Assembly (NCBI GenBank): GCA_963815115.1
Contig: CAWFFN010000005.1
Span: 288,001 to 352,000 of the forward strand
Length of the DNA: 64,000 nucleotides
DNA from: an uncultured delta proteobacterium
Lineage (GTDB): Bacteria > Desulfobacterota > Binatia > DP-6
Direction of reading: 5' to 3'
Shown: positions 55,487 to 64,000 of the stretch, piece after piece
How the letters are laid out: the number at the start of each line of letters is the position of its first letter
Position numbering within the stretch: position 1 is the stretch's first letter
Program-made: the position numbers and the translations under genes
The notes under the pieces: generated by a model
What the model saw: the letters and a program-made list of their open reading frames with translations, nothing else
What the model was told of the DNA's origin: nothing
Databases searched by the model: none

Positions 55487-55516
55487 ACCATACGAACAAA
55501 CGATCGTTCGGTTCAA
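55487..55516 (-). promoter_or_regulatory. Sigma70 promoter TTGAAC-N18-TATGGT for the amidohydrolase
   Basis: -35 at 55511-55516, -10 at 55487-55492. Confidence 0.55.
55497..55510. promoter_or_regulatory. Palindromic operator copy 3, CAAACGATCGTTCG
   Basis: Sits in the promoter spacer; flanked by GAAC/GTTC. Confidence 0.7.
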
Positions 55517-55546
55517 GAGGCTGGCGGGTAATGCTAGAGGAAGGCC

Positions 55547-56872
55547 GTGCAGATCGAGCTGATCGCTCCCGCCAGCACCGCCTCGGCAGCGTTGCCGCGC
55601 CTCGGGCTCGGCCTGCTCGCCGCCTGCACGCCGCCCGGCGACGAGGTCATCTACACCGACGAGGTGGTGCGTCCCTTCGACCTCGCGCGCGACGTGAAGG
55701 ACGTCGGCCTCGTCGGCATCAGCGTCGACTCCAAGACCGCGCGCCGCAGCTACGACATCGCCGACGCCTACCGCCGGCGCGGCGTGCCCGTGGTGCTGGG
55801 CGGCATCCATCCGACGGCGTGTCCCGAGGAGGCGGGGGCGCACGCGGACGCCGTGGTCGTGGGCGAGGGCGAGGACGTCTGGCCGACGCTGCTCGAGGAC
55901 GCGAAGCAGCGGCGGCTCGCGCCGGTCTACCGGCCGCCGCTTCCCGACCTCGCCGGCAAGCCCTTCGCCCGCCGCGATCTCTTCCGGGGCCGCCGCTACA
56001 TCCCCTTCCAGGTGCTCCAGACGATGCGCGGCTGCCCCTATCCGTGCGAGTTCTGCAGCGTCTCGACGGCCAACGGCACCACCATGCGCTTCCGCCCCGC
56101 CGATGACGTGCTCGCCGAGCTCGGCACGCTGGGCAAGCTCGTCATGTTCGCCGACGACAACGTCATGATCCATCGCGCCTACGCGCGCGATCTCTTCACG
56201 CGCATGATTGCGATGCGCAAGCACTGGATCGGGCAGTGCTCCCTGGCGGCGGTGCGGCGGCTCGAGAACGTGCAGCTCATGGCCGCCAGCGGGTGCAAGG
56301 CGCTCTTCGTCGGCTTCGAGAGCATCGACGAGGAGACCACGCGCTTCACCGGCAAGAAGCAGAACCGGCCGTCGGAGTATCGCGACACGGTGGACATGCT
56401 GCGCGAGCACGGGATCTCGGTGTGGGGCAGCTTCGTCTTCGGCTTCGACACCGACGACCCGGAAGTCTTCGACCGCACCGTCGAGTTCGCCATCGACATG
56501 CGGCTCACCATGGCGAACTTCGCCATGCTCTGTCCGTACCCCGGCACCGCGCTCTACCGGCGGCTCGAGGCCGAGGACCGTCTCACCGACGCCCGCTGGT
56601 GGCTGCGCGAGTACCACGAGGAGGAGGGACCGCATTTCCTCCCGAAGCGGCTGACGCGCGACCAGCTGCGCGAGGGCTGGTCGCGAGCGGCGAGCCGCTT
56701 CTTCTCCTACGGGTCGATGTGGCGGCGCTGGGAGGTGCCTGCCCGCTCGAGCTGGATCCAGCGCGTCGGCTTCTGGCCGTTGAACGTGATGCAGCACCGG
56801 GTGGCGCGGTCGCGCGCGAGCACGGTGTCCGCGAGCGGCGCTGACGATGCAGCAGGCTCGCCGTCGCGCTAG
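55547..56872 (+). CDS. B12-binding-domain radical SAM protein
   Basis: VVLGGIHPT, GEGE, RGCPYPCEFC, FADDN, GFES, PYPGT. Confidence 0.92.
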   Translation: MQIELIAPASTASAALPRLGLGLLAACTPPGDEVIYTDEVVRPFDLARDVKDVGLVGISVDSKTARRSYDIADAYRRRGVPVVLGGIHPTACPEEAGAHADAVVVGEGEDVWPTLLEDAKQRRLAPVYRPPLPDLAGKPFARRDLFRGRRYIPFQVLQTMRGCPYPCEFCSVSTANGTTMRFRPADDVLAELGTLGKLVMFADDNVMIHRAYARDLFTRMIAMRKHWIGQCSLAAVRRLENVQLMAASGCKALFVGFESIDEETTRFTGKKQNRPSEYRDTVDMLREHGISVWGSFVFGFDTDDPEVFDRTVEFAIDMRLTMANFAMLCPYPGTALYRRLEAEDRLTDARWWLREYHEEEGPHFLPKRLTRDQLREGWSRAASRFFSYGSMWRRWEVPARSSWIQRVGFWPLNVMQHRVARSRASTVSASGADDAAGSPSR

Positions 56873-57074
56873 ACGATGTCCGTCGCGATGTCGGGCGAGT
56901 CGACCGAGCGGCACCCGGAGCGTGCTTGCCAGCCACAAAGGAAAGCAAGCCTGTTGACATCGCATCGAGTAGAGAGCAAGCGTGCACTCAGCTAGAAGGA
57001 CGAGGTCAAGACGCAGGGCCGCGCGCCCGCGAATTCGCCGGTGACCTCGACGGGTCATTCCCCGGGAGGCAGCC

Positions 57075-57884
57075 ATGGAAAATCTGAGAGAAGGATCGTC
57101 CGGTCCCGTGGTACGGCAGCTTCAGCAAGGGCTGAAGGAGAAGGGCTTCGATCCCGGCCGGATCGACGGCGAGTTCGGGCCGGGGACCGAGGCGGCGCTG
57201 CTCGCCTTTCAGAAGAGCGCCGGCCTCACCGCCGACGGCATCTGCGGGCCGCATACGCTTGCCGCGCTCGGGCTGGCGGACGCACCGCCTGCTGGCCAGC
57301 GGTTCGAGGACATCACCGAACGGGTCACCGTCAATCAGGTGGCGAAGATGTGTCCCGGGGCACCCCTCGGCAACATCAACAAGCACCTCCCCAGCATCAA
57401 GACGGCGCTGAGGCAGCGCGGTCTGGGCGACAAGCCGATGGTGTTGATGGCGATTGCGACGATCCGAGCGGAAACCGGGCGGTTCGAGCCGATCAGTGAA
57501 GGCAAGTCGCGGTTCAACACCTCACCGAACGGACATCCCTTCGACCTCTACGACCATCGCAAGGACCTGGGCAACCGCGGACGACCCGACGGGAGCAGCT
57601 TCAAGGGCCGCGGCTTCGTCCAGCTGACCGGCCGTTTCAACTATCAGAAGTTCAGCGACAAGCTGGACCTGGGCAACCGTCTGGTCGACGAGCCGGAGCT
57701 GGCCAACGATTCGCAGATCGCTTCAAATCTGCTCGCCCTGTTTCTCAAGGACAAGGAAGCCAGGATCAGGGAGGCGCTGCTCGACGGCGACCTGAGGACG
57801 GCGAGAAAGCTGGTCAACGGCGGCAGCCACGGGTTGACCGAGTTCTCCGAAGCTTTCAGAGTCGGCAACGCGATCCTCGACTGA
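57075..57884 (+). CDS. Peptidoglycan-binding domain + GH19 (chitinase/lysozyme-like) hydrolase
   Basis: DGEFGPGT...FQ...GLTADGICGP.T; AET, FKGRGFVQLTGRFNY, VNGG. Confidence 0.88.
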   Translation: MENLREGSSGPVVRQLQQGLKEKGFDPGRIDGEFGPGTEAALLAFQKSAGLTADGICGPHTLAALGLADAPPAGQRFEDITERVTVNQVAKMCPGAPLGNINKHLPSIKTALRQRGLGDKPMVLMAIATIRAETGRFEPISEGKSRFNTSPNGHPFDLYDHRKDLGNRGRPDGSSFKGRGFVQLTGRFNYQKFSDKLDLGNRLVDEPELANDSQIASNLLALFLKDKEARIREALLDGDLRTARKLVNGGSHGLTEFSEAFRVGNAILD

Positions 57885-57929
57885 CCGGGAAAGCGTGAGA
57901 GAGGCGAGGCAGAGCGACAGCGCGAAAGG

Positions 57930-58478
57930 ATGGCGCGGGTGGGGCATCAGCGGAGAGCCGTCGCGACGAGCCCCGGATGCTGGTTCGCCGTAGCCCTGTC
58001 CGTCGCGTTCATTCTCTCACTGCTGCCTTGCGCGGCGGAGGCCGGCGCCTCCCATTGCTCCGCCAAGGAGCAGACGCTGTTTTCTTGCCGCACCGGGCGC
58101 AAGACCGTCTCCGTCTGCGCCTCGCGAGACCTGTCGGCGGACGCGGGCGCCGTCAGGTATCGTTTCGGGCGGCCTGGCGCCCTGGAGCTGATCTACCCGC
58201 CGTCCGATGCCGACTGGCGCCGGGTGACCCGCAGCGGCGTGCTCACGTTCTCCGGCGGCGGGGGCGCCTATCTCTCGTTCACCAACGAGCCGTATCGCTA
58301 CATCGTCTACACGGCGATCGGCAAGGGTTGGGGGAAGAAGGCCGGTCTCGTCGTGGAGAAGAACGGCCAGCGGGTTGCGAGCCTACCGTGCAAGGACAAG
58401 GAAACGTCCGAGCTGGGCCCCGATCTCTTCGCAAAGGCGGGAATTGCGGAGGACAAAAAAGAGTTCGATCTGCCCTGA
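57930..58478 (+). CDS. Secreted Cys-containing hypothetical protein (candidate hydrolase inhibitor)
   Basis: Signal-like N-terminus; C...E..LFSC....K.VSVC and YRFG motifs; alternative GTG start 57939. Confidence 0.7.
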   Translation: MARVGHQRRAVATSPGCWFAVALSVAFILSLLPCAAEAGASHCSAKEQTLFSCRTGRKTVSVCASRDLSADAGAVRYRFGRPGALELIYPPSDADWRRVTRSGVLTFSGGGGAYLSFTNEPYRYIVYTAIGKGWGKKAGLVVEKNGQRVASLPCKDKETSELGPDLFAKAGIAEDKKEFDLP

Positions 58479-58544
58479 GGTGCCACGACGCCCTCGCCCG
58501 CTGTTCGCGGAGAGTCCGCCCCGCAGGGTGCGCCCCGGGGCCGC

Positions 58545-60893
58545 TCAGAAGACGCGTGGCGGTCGGGGGGCGCGCTGGCGCAGCGCGACGTCGCCCAGCA
58601 CGAGCAGCATCACGAGCGGGATCAGCACCGGCGCGAGCGGCGCGCTCTCGTGCTCGACGCCGGGCCGGGCGGCGAGCACCGCCTCGGGAGTCGCATCGAG
58701 CACGCCGCCGGTCGTCGCCGCGAGCTGCTGGAGCAGCGGGCGGTTCGGCCCCACCACGCGCAGCTCGCGCGCGGTGTCGTCCTCGACGGGTCGGGCCGCG
58801 GCCTCTGCCGGCTGGGGCAGCGCCCAGAGGACCAGCTGCATCCAGAGCTTGCCGAAGCCCTCCCAGCCGGCCCACTCCGCCCCGCCGGACTGAAAGTCCA
58901 CCGGCACCACCGCGACGCGTCCCAGCTCGTACTGCCAGGTGGCGAGGAGGGGATCGTGCCGGGTGCCGGCGTCGAGGTAGAGGCGCAGCTGGGCGTCGGG
59001 CTTGAGGCGCGTCGTCGCCCAGCGGGCGACGTGGGGCAGCTCGTCCTCGCTCAGCCCGGCGAGGATCGCGCCGGGCTCGCCGAGTCGCGCCGGCGCGTTC
59101 ACCATGCTCCCCGGGGAGTCGATCAGGCGGCGCGTGTCGCGGATCATCAGCTGGGGCAGGGCGGCGACGTCGGCGACGTGGTGGAACTCGCCGCCGGTCT
59201 CCGAGGAGATCTGCTTGAGCAGATCCAGATTCACCGTGTCGCTGCCGATCCTGATCGTGGTGACGGTCACGTCGTCGCGCGCCAGCGACGCGATGAGGTC
59301 GAGGTGATCGTCGGCGCGCCGGTTGGTGTCGCCGTCGGTGAGGAGGATGATGTGTCGCACGCGCCGGCCCGAGGCGACGAGGCCGCGGCGCGCCATGTCG
59401 AGCGCCTCCTTGAAGTCGGTTCCGCCGCCGTGCTGCAGCGCGCGGACGCGGGCGGCGAGGGCCGCACGTCCGTCGGCCACCGGCAGCAGCGTCCCCAGCT
59501 CGTAGGGCTGCGAGTCGAAGGCGATCGCGCCCGCGAGGTCGCGCGGTCCGAGCTGGTCGAGCACCGCCAGAGCCGCCCGCCGCGCGTACTCCATCTTCTC
59601 GCCCTCGCCGCTCGGGTCGGGACGGGTCGAGTAGCCCATGCTGTTCGACCGGTCGATGACGAGCTCGAGCGCGATCGGCTCGCGTTCCTTCGGCTCGGGC
59701 TCCTGCGACAGCAGCTCCACCGGCAGGAGCGGCGCGAGGGCGCTGTCGGCCCATCCCGGATCGCCGAAGAGATGGGGGCCGCCGGTCACGAGGAGGGCGC
59801 CACCGCGCGCCACCCAGCGCGCCAGCGGGGCGAGCACGCTCGCCGGCATGGCGGCACGCCCGACGTCGTCGAGCACCACGACGTCCTCGCGATCCAGCCT
59901 GGGGACCTGCTGCGCGAGCGCGGCGGGTGCCACGAGGTCGACGTCCAGCCCGCGTCCGGCGAGAACCGTCGCGACCACCGAGCTGCCGCGCTCGCTGGCG
60001 ACGAGCACGTGCGGCGCTCCGCTCACCTCGAGCGCGAGGTGGGCGGCACCGGGAAGCGGCGGGTCGTCCGGCGGCACCCGCAGCGCCGCGTCGAGCCGGT
60101 GCCGGCCGCGTCCGCTGGCGCGATAGGGCAGGGCGACGAGGGTCAGGCCCGGCAGCAGCGTCGCGGCGACCTCGCGCGGCGCGCCATCGTCGGCGGCGAT
60201 CATCAGCGTCGCGTCGGCGGGAGCGGGCGCATGGCTCTCGACCACCGCCTCGATCGGCACCATGACGTGCTCCGGCGCGCGCACCGGGGCCAGGATGCGT
60301 CGGATGGTGGCCCGCGGAAGCTCCGTCTCCGGGAGGACCACCGGGAACACCGGCACCGGCGGCTCGGTCACCGACGCCTCGGCGAGCGCGCTGCCGCGCG
60401 TCTCCTGCCCGTCGCTGAAGAGCAGGATCGCCGGTTGCGTCGTGTCCGGGCACAGGGGGGTCGCCAGCGCCAGCGCATCGGCGAGGTTGCTGGCGTCGGG
60501 GTCGATCCCGGCGGAGTCCGCCCCGGCGACCAGCGCCGCAGGGGTCGGCGGCTCGTGTGAGGGTGGCGCCAGGACGCGCGCGTTGCCGCCGAACGCGACC
60601 GCTCCCACGACGTCCCGTGGCCGGAGGGCGTGCTCGATGGTCGGCAGCATGCGGGCGGCGGCATCGATCCCCGCGCGCGCGACGCTCGCCGACATGTCGA
60701 CGGCGAGGACGACGCAGGCGCCGCCCGACGGGCGTGATCGCTGCACGTAGGCGCCTGCCAGGACGAGCACGAGCCCGACCGCGGCGAGCATTCGCAAGGC
60801 GGCGGCCCAGACCGTCCCGCGCCGGCCGGCGAGCATCACCAGCGGGACGAGGAAGAGCAGCAGCATCCTCGGGGCGAGCACGCCGAAGGTCAT
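58545..60893 (-). CDS. Membrane-anchored double-VWA protein with GATase-like domain
   Basis: DMSAS and DRSNS MIDAS motifs, FSDGQE, LLTDG, GGALLVTGG, WQYELGR. Confidence 0.85.
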   Translation of the reverse strand: MTFGVLAPRMLLLFLVPLVMLAGRRGTVWAAALRMLAAVGLVLVLAGAYVQRSRPSGGACVVLAVDMSASVARAGIDAAARMLPTIEHALRPRDVVGAVAFGGNARVLAPPSHEPPTPAALVAGADSAGIDPDASNLADALALATPLCPDTTQPAILLFSDGQETRGSALAEASVTEPPVPVFPVVLPETELPRATIRRILAPVRAPEHVMVPIEAVVESHAPAPADATLMIAADDGAPREVAATLLPGLTLVALPYRASGRGRHRLDAALRVPPDDPPLPGAAHLALEVSGAPHVLVASERGSSVVATVLAGRGLDVDLVAPAALAQQVPRLDREDVVVLDDVGRAAMPASVLAPLARWVARGGALLVTGGPHLFGDPGWADSALAPLLPVELLSQEPEPKEREPIALELVIDRSNSMGYSTRPDPSGEGEKMEYARRAALAVLDQLGPRDLAGAIAFDSQPYELGTLLPVADGRAALAARVRALQHGGGTDFKEALDMARRGLVASGRRVRHIILLTDGDTNRRADDHLDLIASLARDDVTVTTIRIGSDTVNLDLLKQISSETGGEFHHVADVAALPQLMIRDTRRLIDSPGSMVNAPARLGEPGAILAGLSEDELPHVARWATTRLKPDAQLRLYLDAGTRHDPLLATWQYELGRVAVVPVDFQSGGAEWAGWEGFGKLWMQLVLWALPQPAEAAARPVEDDTARELRVVGPNRPLLQQLAATTGGVLDATPEAVLAARPGVEHESAPLAPVLIPLVMLLVLGDVALRQRAPRPPRVF

Positions 60894-62731
60894 CGCAGCA
60901 GCCCCCACGCGGCCCACTCGATGGCGAGCAATGCCGCCGCGGCGGCGTAGAACCACCACGACAGGTCGTGCCGCCCGGCGGTCGGCGGCGCGGACGCGGG
61001 AGCGGCCGTCGGCCGCCATTCGCCACCCCCGTCTCGGCCGACGTCGGACTCGTCGGCGCTCAGCAGGCTCGCGAGGACGAGGCGGTCGGCGCCACCGGCT
61101 CCCGCGAGCCTGTGGATGCCGGCGCGCTCGGCGAGCACGACGGGAGGATCGCCGCTCGCGTGCACACCGGGAGCCGACCGGAGCGCCGCCCCGGCGGAGC
61201 GCACCGGCACGCCGGTCGCGAGGGTGATCGGCGCCTCGGCGGCCGGCTCGGCGAGCCAGCGCAACGTTCCGAGCGTCAGCAGGACGAGCGGCATCGCGTC
61301 CGAGCTCGAGGGCTGCACGGGCAGCTCCGCCCCGAGGCAAGCGCGCCGCCGGCCGGCGTGCTCGCCCACCACGAGGAACGGGAAGGCCGCGCGCCGGCTG
61401 GCCGCGGTCACGGCGGCCGTTCCCCACGCGGGCAGCAGCAGCTGGGTGGCGTGGGCGGCCTCGACCGCCGCGAGAGAGCCAAAGCCCTGGAGCACGGGAT
61501 CGCCGGGCTCCCAGTCGACGACCGAGGCGTCCTCGACGGTGCGCGCTCCCGGACACACGGCATTGCCCGGTGGCGGCGCGAGGTAGAGCACGCTGCCGGC
61601 GCCGTCGTCGCTCGTCGGGACCTGGTGGTCGAAGACCGTCACCACGCCGTCGACGGTCTCGTGGCCGGCGCGTTCCGCCAGACCGGCACGGTTGACGACC
61701 TCGAGATGCCCGCGCGGCACCGTGGCGACCAGCGTGCGGAAGGCGGCGCCCAGGGCATCGGATTCGGTGACCAGGAGGACGTCGAGCGGCGGCTGCGCCG
61801 GCACCCAGGCGACCGCCTCGTCGTCCACCGGGAGGGCGTCGTTGGCGGCGATGCGGACGCGGAGCAGCCCGGGACCCGGGGGCGCGCCGAGCTTCGCGCG
61901 TCCGCTGCCGCGAGCCGCCAGGGCAAACGCCTGCCGCGTCCACGGCGTGCCGTCGAGCGTCGCTTCCAGCGTCGTGGCGCGCGACGCCGAGCCGAAGTTC
62001 CGCACCTCGACCTCGACCCGCACGTCCGCGGCCTCCGCGAACGGTGGCGCCTCCACCGTGACATCGGTGATGGCGAGGTTGTCGTCGCGCCGTCCGATCG
62101 CGATCCAGTCGACGCCGGCGAGCCTCGCCGGCGCCAGCTCGCTCGCCGCCGGCGGCAGGTCGGTGAGCACCGCGACGCCGGCGCCGGGTCGCCGCGCGGC
62201 CTCGCCGAGTGCCAGCTCGACAGCCGGGGCGAGCGCCGTGGGCGTATCGAGCGGCGCCAGCGCCGCGAGCCGCTCGGCGAGCCGGCCGCGATCCGTGGTC
62301 CAGCGTAGCGACACCCGCGGGCGATCGCCGGCCGCGACGAGCATCACCGGCACGGCGGACGGCAGCGCGTCGACCAGCTCGTCGAGCCGCCGTCGTGCGA
62401 GCGCGAAGCGGCTGCCGCCCGCTTCACGCACCTGCATGCTGGCCGACACGTCGAGCACGATGGCGAGTCCGCTGGCCGCGTCGCCGCCCGGCCGTCCGAT
62501 CCAGGGCAGCGCATAGCCCGCGACCAGCGCGAGGAGAAGGAGCAGGCGGAGGACGAAGAGGAGGTCCGGACGGAAGCGCTGGCGCTCGAGGGGCCGCTCC
62601 GGCAGCTGCTTCCAGAGCAGCAGGCTCGAGACGGGGGAGACACGCGAGCGCCGGCGCAGCTGGGTGAGCACGATCAGCACGGCGACGCTCGCGAGCGTCA
62701 GGAGGCCCAGGGGGTTCGCGAGGCCGAGCAT
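60890..62731 (-). CDS. BatA/VWA domain membrane protein
   Basis: NPLGL...SSLLLW...LRLL BatA N-terminus, LDVSASM, LTD, C-terminal TM with LLAIEW. Confidence 0.85.
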   Translation of the reverse strand: MLGLANPLGLLTLASVAVLIVLTQLRRRSRVSPVSSLLLWKQLPERPLERQRFRPDLLFVLRLLLLLALVAGYALPWIGRPGGDAASGLAIVLDVSASMQVREAGGSRFALARRRLDELVDALPSAVPVMLVAAGDRPRVSLRWTTDRGRLAERLAALAPLDTPTALAPAVELALGEAARRPGAGVAVLTDLPPAASELAPARLAGVDWIAIGRRDDNLAITDVTVEAPPFAEAADVRVEVEVRNFGSASRATTLEATLDGTPWTRQAFALAARGSGRAKLGAPPGPGLLRVRIAANDALPVDDEAVAWVPAQPPLDVLLVTESDALGAAFRTLVATVPRGHLEVVNRAGLAERAGHETVDGVVTVFDHQVPTSDDGAGSVLYLAPPPGNAVCPGARTVEDASVVDWEPGDPVLQGFGSLAAVEAAHATQLLLPAWGTAAVTAASRRAAFPFLVVGEHAGRRRACLGAELPVQPSSSDAMPLVLLTLGTLRWLAEPAAEAPITLATGVPVRSAGAALRSAPGVHASGDPPVVLAERAGIHRLAGAGGADRLVLASLLSADESDVGRDGGGEWRPTAAPASAPPTAGRHDLSWWFYAAAAALLAIEWAAWGLLR

Positions 62732-62742
62732 GTGCGCGCCGT

Positions 62743-63657
62743 CTACCGGGGTCGGACGAGGCCGAGACGGACGAGGTCGCGTGTGACGAAGGCGTCGACG
62801 GAGACGTCGCTCACGAGAGAGGCCCACGAGGCGCGCTGGCGGACGGCAACGGCCTGCAGGCGCTCGAGGTGGGCCGCGAGGAGCTCGCCGTAGCGCGCCA
62901 GCGTGGCCGGATCGAGCTGCACGGCGTGTCGCGTACCGGACTCGACGTCCTCCAGCTCGCCGCTCGCGAGGACGCGCGCGGGCTCCACCTCGCCGCGCCC
63001 GAGCACCTGGAGCAGGGCGATGGCGTGGCCGCGGCGTCGCAGCGCTGCCACCCCCGGCTCGAGCGCGTCGGCGTCGACGAGAAAGTCCGAGATCACGAGG
63101 ACCGCGCCTCCCTCGGGGTGGCGATGGCTGTACTCGCCCAGTGCGGCCCCCAGCGCGAGCGTGCCGGACGGGGCCGTGGCATCGAGCAGATCGGCCATGG
63201 CAACCAGCCCGGGCCGGCGACGGTGCACTGCCGAGGAGCTCGGGGCGGCGCCGCCGCGCAGCACCACGAGTCGCACGGCGTGGTGGCTGGCGAGGGCGAT
63301 CGCCGCGAGCGCGAGGGCGAGCTCGGCCGCGATCGCGTACTTGCGATCGGCGGCCGGTGTTTCCATGGACGCGGTGGCGTCGACCAGGAGATGCACCACG
63401 ACCTCGCGCTCGGCGGTGAAGCGCCGCATGAGGAGGGCGTCGAACCTGCCGAGGAGATTCCAGTCGAGATGGCGCAGGTCGTCACCCGGCGCGTACGGAG
63501 TATGCGCCTCGAGCTCGAGGCCGGACGGCTGGGGGCGCCCCGGAAAGCGGCGCTCGCCGGGACGCGTGCCCATGCGCCCGCCGACGTCCAGGACGAGACG
63601 CGTGCCGAGCGCGCCCACCCGGGCAGCGGCCGCACGCGCCGGTCCGATCCGGGTCAT
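62743..63657 (-). CDS. DUF58 family protein
   Basis: Y.PGDDLRHLDWN, VDATASM, VISDF, LEDVESG. Confidence 0.9.
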   Translation of the reverse strand: MTRIGPARAAAARVGALGTRLVLDVGGRMGTRPGERRFPGRPQPSGLELEAHTPYAPGDDLRHLDWNLLGRFDALLMRRFTAEREVVVHLLVDATASMETPAADRKYAIAAELALALAAIALASHHAVRLVVLRGGAAPSSSAVHRRRPGLVAMADLLDATAPSGTLALGAALGEYSHRHPEGGAVLVISDFLVDADALEPGVAALRRRGHAIALLQVLGRGEVEPARVLASGELEDVESGTRHAVQLDPATLARYGELLAAHLERLQAVAVRQRASWASLVSDVSVDAFVTRDLVRLGLVRPR

Positions 63658-64000
63658 CGGCCCTGTCGCGCCGCGGTTGCCAGCACACGCTCGACCACGG
63701 TCGCAGGCTCGATCCCCTCGGTCTCGGCGGTGAAGGTGAGGACCAGGCGGTGGCGGAGCGCCGCGCGCGCGACGCGGTCGACGTCCTCGAAGGACACGTG
63801 CGGCCGGCCGTCGAGCAACGCGTGCACCTTGGCGCCGAGCAGCAGCGCCTGGCCGCCACGAGGACTCGCGCCGTACGCCACCCAGCGACGGATCTCGGCA
63901 TCGCCATCCGCGCCGGGCTGGGTCAACCGCACCAGCGTCGCCACGTAGCGCTCGACGTGGGGCGCTACCAGCACCGAGCGCACGAGCAGCTTGAGCTCCT
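63654..64000 (-). CDS. moxR: MoxR family AAA+ ATPase, C-terminal part (truncated by the window edge)
   Basis: YGASPRG, GR.HV..EDV, LRHRL. Confidence 0.88.
   Translation of the reverse strand, partial: ELKLLVRSVLVAPHVERYVATLVRLTQPGADGDAEIRRWVAYGASPRGGQALLLGAKVHALLDGRPHVSFEDVDRVARAALRHRLVLTFTAETEGIEPATVVERVLATAARQGR

Noticed and set aside
57075-57884. Prophage endolysin
   Set aside because: No holin, spanin, structural or integrase genes in the window; a remote phage origin is not excluded
1-64000. tRNA, rRNA, IS elements, integrases, retron or RT genes
   Set aside because: None recognised by eye; tRNAscan-SE, cmscan and ISEScan would be needed to exclude them formally

Overview
High-GC (about 70% by eye), densely coding bacterial chromosome segment. 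The gene repertoire (many acyl-CoA ligases, crotonases, an amidohydrolase, a Myxococcus-type Cys-rich repeat protein, outer-membrane factors) suggests a diderm Deltaproteobacteria/Ca. Binatia-like organism; this is inference only. About 60 CDS are supported. They include CoA-dependent catabolic clusters with PaaK-like ligases, an EfpL/YeiP-type EF-P paralog, a DUF4331-TPR pair, a stressosome (RsbR/S/T) wired to two hybrid kinases, a MacAB-OMF pump, a cupredoxin/haem-c/porin trio, a 1323-aa DUF11-repeat surface protein, an HWE kinase-REC pair, a lower-GC PG-binding GH19 hydrolase with a secreted partner, and a MoxR-DUF58-VWA operon. No rRNA, tRNA, CRISPR array, integrase or transposase was recognised. 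The strongest non-annotated signals are: (1) one 14-bp palindrome (CNAACGNNCGTTNG, PaaR-like) at three separate promoters, one of them for an unknown secreted protein; (2) a Fur-box-like site inside the first codons of a permease-less cupredoxin-cytochrome-porin operon; (3) a SigK-like ECF promoter before DUF4331; (4) several enzymes with replaced catalytic residues; (5) two gene remnants. All family calls come from motif recognition by eye, not database searches.
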